Virus record (IMG/VR): IMGVR_UViG_3300010429_001264
From: a virus
Lineage: Duplodnaviria > Caudoviricetes
DNA length: 64,000 nt
Strand: one strand, 5' to 3'
The number at the start of each line of letters is the position of its first letter. Positions within the stretch are counted from its first letter, which is position 1. The notes under the pieces are model-generated. The model did not search any database. It had not been told where the DNA came from and saw only the letters and a program-made list of their open reading frames with translations. Below are positions 59,409 through 64,000 of the stretch, piece by piece. The translations under genes were made by a program, and so were the position numbers.

Positions 59409-60304
59409 TGAGTATGAAAGAGGGAACATATAATAATATGAAAGATATTATCTTCATTCAAAAGAAAAGATATAATATCAAAAACAATAAGCTCGTCTTG
59501 GAACAAGCTGGAGGAGATAAAGATCTTGTGCCCGGATTTCCTGTAAATCAAAAATTAAAATTCAATGAGGGGCTGATGGTCAAGGCGATACAAAATGGCA
59601 TGATATTATTGATAAATTATCGAGGGGATCAGGACGAATGGTTGGGCGGCAGGGAGCGTGTCATATATCCAATGACGCTTGGTGTCAATCAAAACACTCG
59701 AAACATGCTTCTCAGAGGATGGCACCTGAACGGATGGAGCGTTAAGGAAAGAAGAAACACAGAAAAGGTGTGGCGTTTATTTAAAACAGATAACATAATG
59801 AGCATGATGTTTACTGGTGATTTTTATAGACTTCCACCTGCCGGGTACAGATTGAATGACAGAATTATGACTGAAAGAATTATAGCTCAAGCTGATTTTA
59901 ATGTCATAAGAAGAAATCAACAAAATCTATTAAAAGAGGGAAAAATTGAATTGGAATCAGAGCAAGAAACAACAATTGATAAATCGACAGCTATCGCTAG
60001 TGTTAATATTAGAGAAACTAGTACAGAAATAGATTTGAGAGATCCTTGGGCAAATACATTAATGGATCGTAGAAAAATTGACGATCTAAGACTCACAATA
60101 ATGAGATCTATCATATCAAATGATTATATAGCTATTCTCGGTGCTCTTGGTAAAGAAGGTAGGGTGTCTAAGATGTTTGTAGATAAGAAATTATTAGGAA
60201 GCTTTAAAGTTATTAAATCCATTGCTGGACAAGAAATTCATCACGTAAAAATTGTCAATGGACAAAATATTTTCAAACTATATATCTTTGTTGAAAAAAT
60301 GTAA
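59408..60304 (+). CDS. Hypothetical protein with WYL-like segment
   Basis: INYRG...RVIYPMTLG..LLRGW..WRLFK..NI pattern. Confidence 0.55.
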   Translation: MSMKEGTYNNMKDIIFIQKKRYNIKNNKLVLEQAGGDKDLVPGFPVNQKLKFNEGLMVKAIQNGMILLINYRGDQDEWLGGRERVIYPMTLGVNQNTRNMLLRGWHLNGWSVKERRNTEKVWRLFKTDNIMSMMFTGDFYRLPPAGYRLNDRIMTERIIAQADFNVIRRNQQNLLKEGKIELESEQETTIDKSTAIASVNIRETSTEIDLRDPWANTLMDRRKIDDLRLTIMRSIISNDYIAILGALGKEGRVSKMFVDKKLLGSFKVIKSIAGQEIHHVKIVNGQNIFKLYIFVEKM

Positions 60305-60310
60305 TGTAAT

Positions 60311-60808
60311 TTATTTTATTTTATTTAAATAAAGCTTAATAGAGTTTGAGATATCATCTAATATTTGATCTTTTTTCAAAAAATAATCTTGATATTGTTT
60401 ATGCTCCCTGTAAACTTTCACATTATGCAATCCTTTAATCGAACCGTGTGGTTTTATAATAAAATCATATCTATCAGATGTAATCGACAATTCGCCTTCA
60501 ACAGCTTTTATTTTTAAATAAGCTTTAATGTTTTTTAATCTATTTACTAACTCGTCTACTATATCAGAGAATTCTGATAGATGCGATTTTATTATACTTC
60601 TTATTCCACCATTTATTGTGCTCTTTATCTCATCGACAACATTATCGTTAAATGCAAATCTTTCTATTTCATTATTCCATCTAATATAGCCCTTTTCTAT
60701 TAACTCTGGCATGGTTACTTTTCCAACTAAAATGGCTTCACCGCTTGGTAATCCAACAACATACATATTAGAATTTTCAAATTGTTCGTATAATTTCAAA
60801 TGTTTCAT
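60311..60808 (-). CDS. Hypothetical protein (CTS-like start)
   Basis: Starts MKHLKLYEQF; paralog of 32387. Confidence 0.75.
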   Translation of the reverse strand: MKHLKLYEQFENSNMYVVGLPSGEAILVGKVTMPELIEKGYIRWNNEIERFAFNDNVVDEIKSTINGGIRSIIKSHLSEFSDIVDELVNRLKNIKAYLKIKAVEGELSITSDRYDFIIKPHGSIKGLHNVKVYREHKQYQDYFLKKDQILDDISNSIKLYLNKIK

Positions 60809-60932
60809 AAAGTCCTATATTTTTACAAATGTATATATTAAAAAAAAAAATTAAATGATAAGATGTTTTTTTTTGAAATTATCTAAAATTAACTTATATT
60901 ATTTAATATATACTACAAAAAAAATAAAAAAA

Positions 60933-61100
60933 ATGATAGATATTGAAAGCGCTTCAAAATTAATATCAGTGTCTAAATCAACATTAAGAAGATGGGAGAA
61001 AGAAGGCAAATTAAAGTCATACAGGACTCCAGGGAATCATAGAAGATATGACGAAAAAGAATTATTTAAAATGATATCAAATGATAAAAGAATTTGTTGA
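60933..61100 (+). CDS. MerR-type HTH protein
   Basis: ASKLISVSKSTLRRWEKEGKL..RTPGNHRRY; probable start is the ATG at 60933. Confidence 0.75.
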   Translation: MIDIESASKLISVSKSTLRRWEKEGKLKSYRTPGNHRRYDEKELFKMISNDKRIC

Positions 61101-62982
61101 AATAGAGATAGTTGATGAAAAAATTCAAAGAAAATATCTCAAACTTGGATATTTGTGTGAAATCGGGGATGTTATACATTTTCCTTTTAAAAAATTATCT
61201 AAGGGAAGTCACATATTAGTGGAAGTTATGTGTGATTTTTGCGGAAAAGAATTAAAAAAACAATATAATGTTTATAATCGAGAGACGAAATGTGGTGAAT
61301 TACCGGTAAGTTGTTTTGAATGTATGAGTGAAAAAAGAAAATATGTAACAGAAAAAAAATATGGTGTTAAAAATGTGTCTCAATTAGATGACACAAAAAA
61401 TAAGGTCAAAGAAAGATTGAAAAATAGATCAGAAAAGAAATCTATTGAAATAAAAAATAAAAGAAAAGAGACCAATAAGAAAAAATTTGGTAAAGAATGG
61501 GTCACACAAACAGATATTTTTAAGGAAAAAAGTAAAATAACATCACTAAATAAATATGGAGAAGAATATCCGACACAATCTGATGAAGTTAAGAATAAGA
61601 TTGTAAAAACATGTATGGATAAATACGGTTACGATTCATATATGAAAACTATGGATTTTAAAGAAAAAAGCAAAAATGAAATAAAAAGATTGTATGGAGT
61701 TGAATATGTTTCTCAATCAGATATTGTGAAAAATAAAGTTAAAGAAACGAATTTAAAAAAATATAATAATGAACATTATAGAAATACAGAAAAAAACAAA
61801 AAAACTTGTCTAGAAAAATATGGTAATAATAATTATAGAAATACAGAAAAAAACAAAAAAACTTGTCTAGAAAAATATGGAACCGAATATTATAATCAAT
61901 CAAATTTATACAAAAATTATGTTAAAAAACGAAAGATCGAAAATTTAACAAAAAAATATAAAATAAACATAGTGGACATAGATGAAAACAACTTTATAAT
62001 ATCCCATTGTGATGAATGCGGGGAGAATTTTAAATTATCATATCAACAACTATTGAACAGGCATAATTATAAAACTATTTTATGTTCAAATTGCAACCCA
62101 ATAAATGTGGCAATATCTGGACATGAGATGCAACTTCTAGGATTCATAAAGAACAATCATTCTGACAAAATTTTAACTAATGTTAGAAATATTGTGAATC
62201 CCTATGAATTAGATATTTATCTTCCAGATTTAAAATTGGCATTTGAGTTCAACGGTCTTTTTTGGCATAATGAGCTCAGCAAGTCCAACAACTATCACCT
62301 AGAAAAAACTGAACTAGCTGAAAACCAAGGAATCAAGCTTGTTCACATCTACGAGGACGACTGGATATATAAACAAGAAATTGTCAAGTCCAGGATATTA
62401 AATTTGTTAAACAAGACGCCAAACAAGATCTACGCCAGGAAGTGCGAGATAAAAGAAGTGTCTGATAATAAGCTTGTTAGAAATTTCCTGGAAACCAATC
62501 ATATTCAAGGATTTGTGGGATCTAAAATCAAGATCGGATTGTTTCACGATAATGAACTTGTTTCCCTGATGACTTTTGGAAGCTTGAGAAAAGCCATGGG
62601 TCAAAAGGGCGAAGAAGGTTCTTATGAGATGCTGAGGTTCTGTAACAAACTGAACACCAATGTTATTGGAGGAGCTTCAAGACTGTTCATGTTTTTTGTT
62701 AAAAATTTCGAGCCAAAAGAAGTAACTAGTTATGCTGACAGGTCTTGGAGTCAAGGAGTTCTATATAAAAATCTTGGATTCGAACTTATCAGAAAAACTG
62801 AACCCAATTATTATTATGTTATTGATGGCGTGAGGAGGCACAGGTTTGGTTTTAGAAAAGATCAGCTGATTAAAGAAGGATTTGATCCTTTAAAGACAGA
62901 ACACGAAATAATGCTTGAGAGAAAGATTTATAGAATTTATGATTCTGGGAATTTAAAGTTCATTTGGAACAAACTTTATTGA
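61081..62982 (+). CDS. Putative homing endonuclease, paralog of 13160/57687
   Basis: Same C-terminal motifs; KYG repeats, including a 60-nt tandem duplication near 61777-61880. Confidence 0.75.
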   Translation: MIKEFVEIEIVDEKIQRKYLKLGYLCEIGDVIHFPFKKLSKGSHILVEVMCDFCGKELKKQYNVYNRETKCGELPVSCFECMSEKRKYVTEKKYGVKNVSQLDDTKNKVKERLKNRSEKKSIEIKNKRKETNKKKFGKEWVTQTDIFKEKSKITSLNKYGEEYPTQSDEVKNKIVKTCMDKYGYDSYMKTMDFKEKSKNEIKRLYGVEYVSQSDIVKNKVKETNLKKYNNEHYRNTEKNKKTCLEKYGNNNYRNTEKNKKTCLEKYGTEYYNQSNLYKNYVKKRKIENLTKKYKINIVDIDENNFIISHCDECGENFKLSYQQLLNRHNYKTILCSNCNPINVAISGHEMQLLGFIKNNHSDKILTNVRNIVNPYELDIYLPDLKLAFEFNGLFWHNELSKSNNYHLEKTELAENQGIKLVHIYEDDWIYKQEIVKSRILNLLNKTPNKIYARKCEIKEVSDNKLVRNFLETNHIQGFVGSKIKIGLFHDNELVSLMTFGSLRKAMGQKGEEGSYEMLRFCNKLNTNVIGGASRLFMFFVKNFEPKEVTSYADRSWSQGVLYKNLGFELIRKTEPNYYYVIDGVRRHRFGFRKDQLIKEGFDPLKTEHEIMLERKIYRIYDSGNLKFIWNKLY

Positions 62983-63014
62983 TAAATAAACATACTATAT
63001 AATAAAAACTTTCT

Positions 63015-64000
63015 ATGATTAAAATTTTAGTTTTAACGGCCGACACGGATGGCGTAGGATTTTTCAGATCGCTATCCCCACATTTAGTAATGCATGATGA
63101 TGAGTTTGAAGCAGATATTCGATTATTAATGGACGGTACATTAAATTTACTTGATGAAAATTTCTTGAAGCAATATAATATAATTTGTTATAATAAGCAA
63201 ATACCCTTTGCTAAGAAAGAATATATCGATCATTTTTTCATGTTACTAAAAAAGCACAATATAAAACTTGTTTTTGACATAGATGATTATTGGATTTTGA
63301 ATTCATCTCATTTAAATTATGACATGTGGAAAAAGTCTAAAGCCGATGAAGCCGTGGTTTTCAATTTGAGAAACGCTGATCTTGTCACGACTACAACTCG
63401 TTTGTTTGCTGAAAGAATATCAGAAGTTAATAGAAGCGTTGCTGTTATAGAAAATGCTGTCAATTTGAATGAATTACAATGGACGTTTAACCGAAAACCA
63501 TCAAATAAAATAAGATTTTTATGGGGTGGTGGCATTTCACATCAGCCAGATCTAAGACTTCTCAAAAAATCATTTGAAATGTTTGATAATGACTTCATTA
63601 ACAAGTCTCAGATTTTTATGTGTGGGTATGATCTGAGAATGAGAACACCTGGCGGCATAATTGAAAAAACAGATCCTCGTTTAAATCAATGGACATTTTT
63701 TGAAGATATTTTCACAAATAGTGGAAGATATGTAAAATCAAATGGATATAGAACATATTTACATAGCTCAGATGATACAAATTATGGAATAAAAGAAGAG
63801 TTTTCAAATGAGTTTTACCAACGTAGATGGACAAAACCTATTATGTTGTTTGGTACGATGTATAATGAAGCAGATGTTTGTTTGGCTCCTTTAAAAAACA
63901 ATAATATGTTCAATTATTATAAATCTAATTTAAAAGTTATAGAAGCTGGTGCTCATCATTGTCCGATAATAGCCAGTAATTTCGGTCCATATACATTGGA
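63015..64000 (+). CDS. Glycosyltransferase (GT-B-like), runs off window
   Basis: Manual translation MIKILVLTADTDGVGFFR...FDIDDYW...WGGGISH..DL...DVCLAPL...FNYYKSNLKVIEAG. Confidence 0.8.
   Translation, partial: MIKILVLTADTDGVGFFRSLSPHLVMHDDEFEADIRLLMDGTLNLLDENFLKQYNIICYNKQIPFAKKEYIDHFFMLLKKHNIKLVFDIDDYWILNSSHLNYDMWKKSKADEAVVFNLRNADLVTTTTRLFAERISEVNRSVAVIENAVNLNELQWTFNRKPSNKIRFLWGGGISHQPDLRLLKKSFEMFDNDFINKSQIFMCGYDLRMRTPGGIIEKTDPRLNQWTFFEDIFTNSGRYVKSNGYRTYLHSSDDTNYGIKEEFSNEFYQRRWTKPIMLFGTMYNEADVCLAPLKNNNMFNYYKSNLKVIEAGAHHCPIIASNFGPYTL

Noticed and set aside
60855-61100. IS607 transposase
   Set aside because: Only the MerR-like HTH is present; no serine recombinase domain or adjacent TnpB.
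1-64000. Stop-codon reassignment as the cause of split genes
   Set aside because: Long genes are intact in the standard code, TAA/TAG/TGA all end genes, no suppressor tRNA was seen, and the breaks coincide with intein ends.

Overview
An AT-rich 64 kb segment of a large T4-like (jumbo-type) dsDNA phage genome, read in the standard code. Repeated TAnnTTTG promoter elements point to a Bacteroidota host. The replication genes are fragmented: a family B DNA polymerase in three ORFs, plus RecA/UvsX and a gp41/DnaB helicase, carrying three different split inteins. The window also has TnpB, three homing-endonuclease-like paralogs and several remnants, a CCA-adding enzyme, RimK, an ECF sigma factor, two DNA methyltransferases, glycosyltransferases, LRR proteins and a hybrid histidine kinase. 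A minus-strand array holds 11 tRNAs, limited to Ser, Trp, Lys, Phe and His anticodons. Main finding: upstream of the array is an unannotated 27-codon leader ORF (47294-47377). It contains 15 consecutive Phe/Lys/His/Ser/Trp codons and overlaps an antiterminator that competes with an intrinsic terminator. This looks like a ribosome-sensing attenuator that switches on the phage tRNAs when those same tRNAs are depleted. Also notable: (i) three copies of an ACAGCAA small-RNA motif with anticodon-like hairpins, linked to a Ro60-like vWA protein; (ii) about 24 ORFs with a T4 capsid-targeting-like N-terminus; (iii) an orphan, HTH-fused, atypically split helicase intein. All calls come from reading the sequence; no searches were run.
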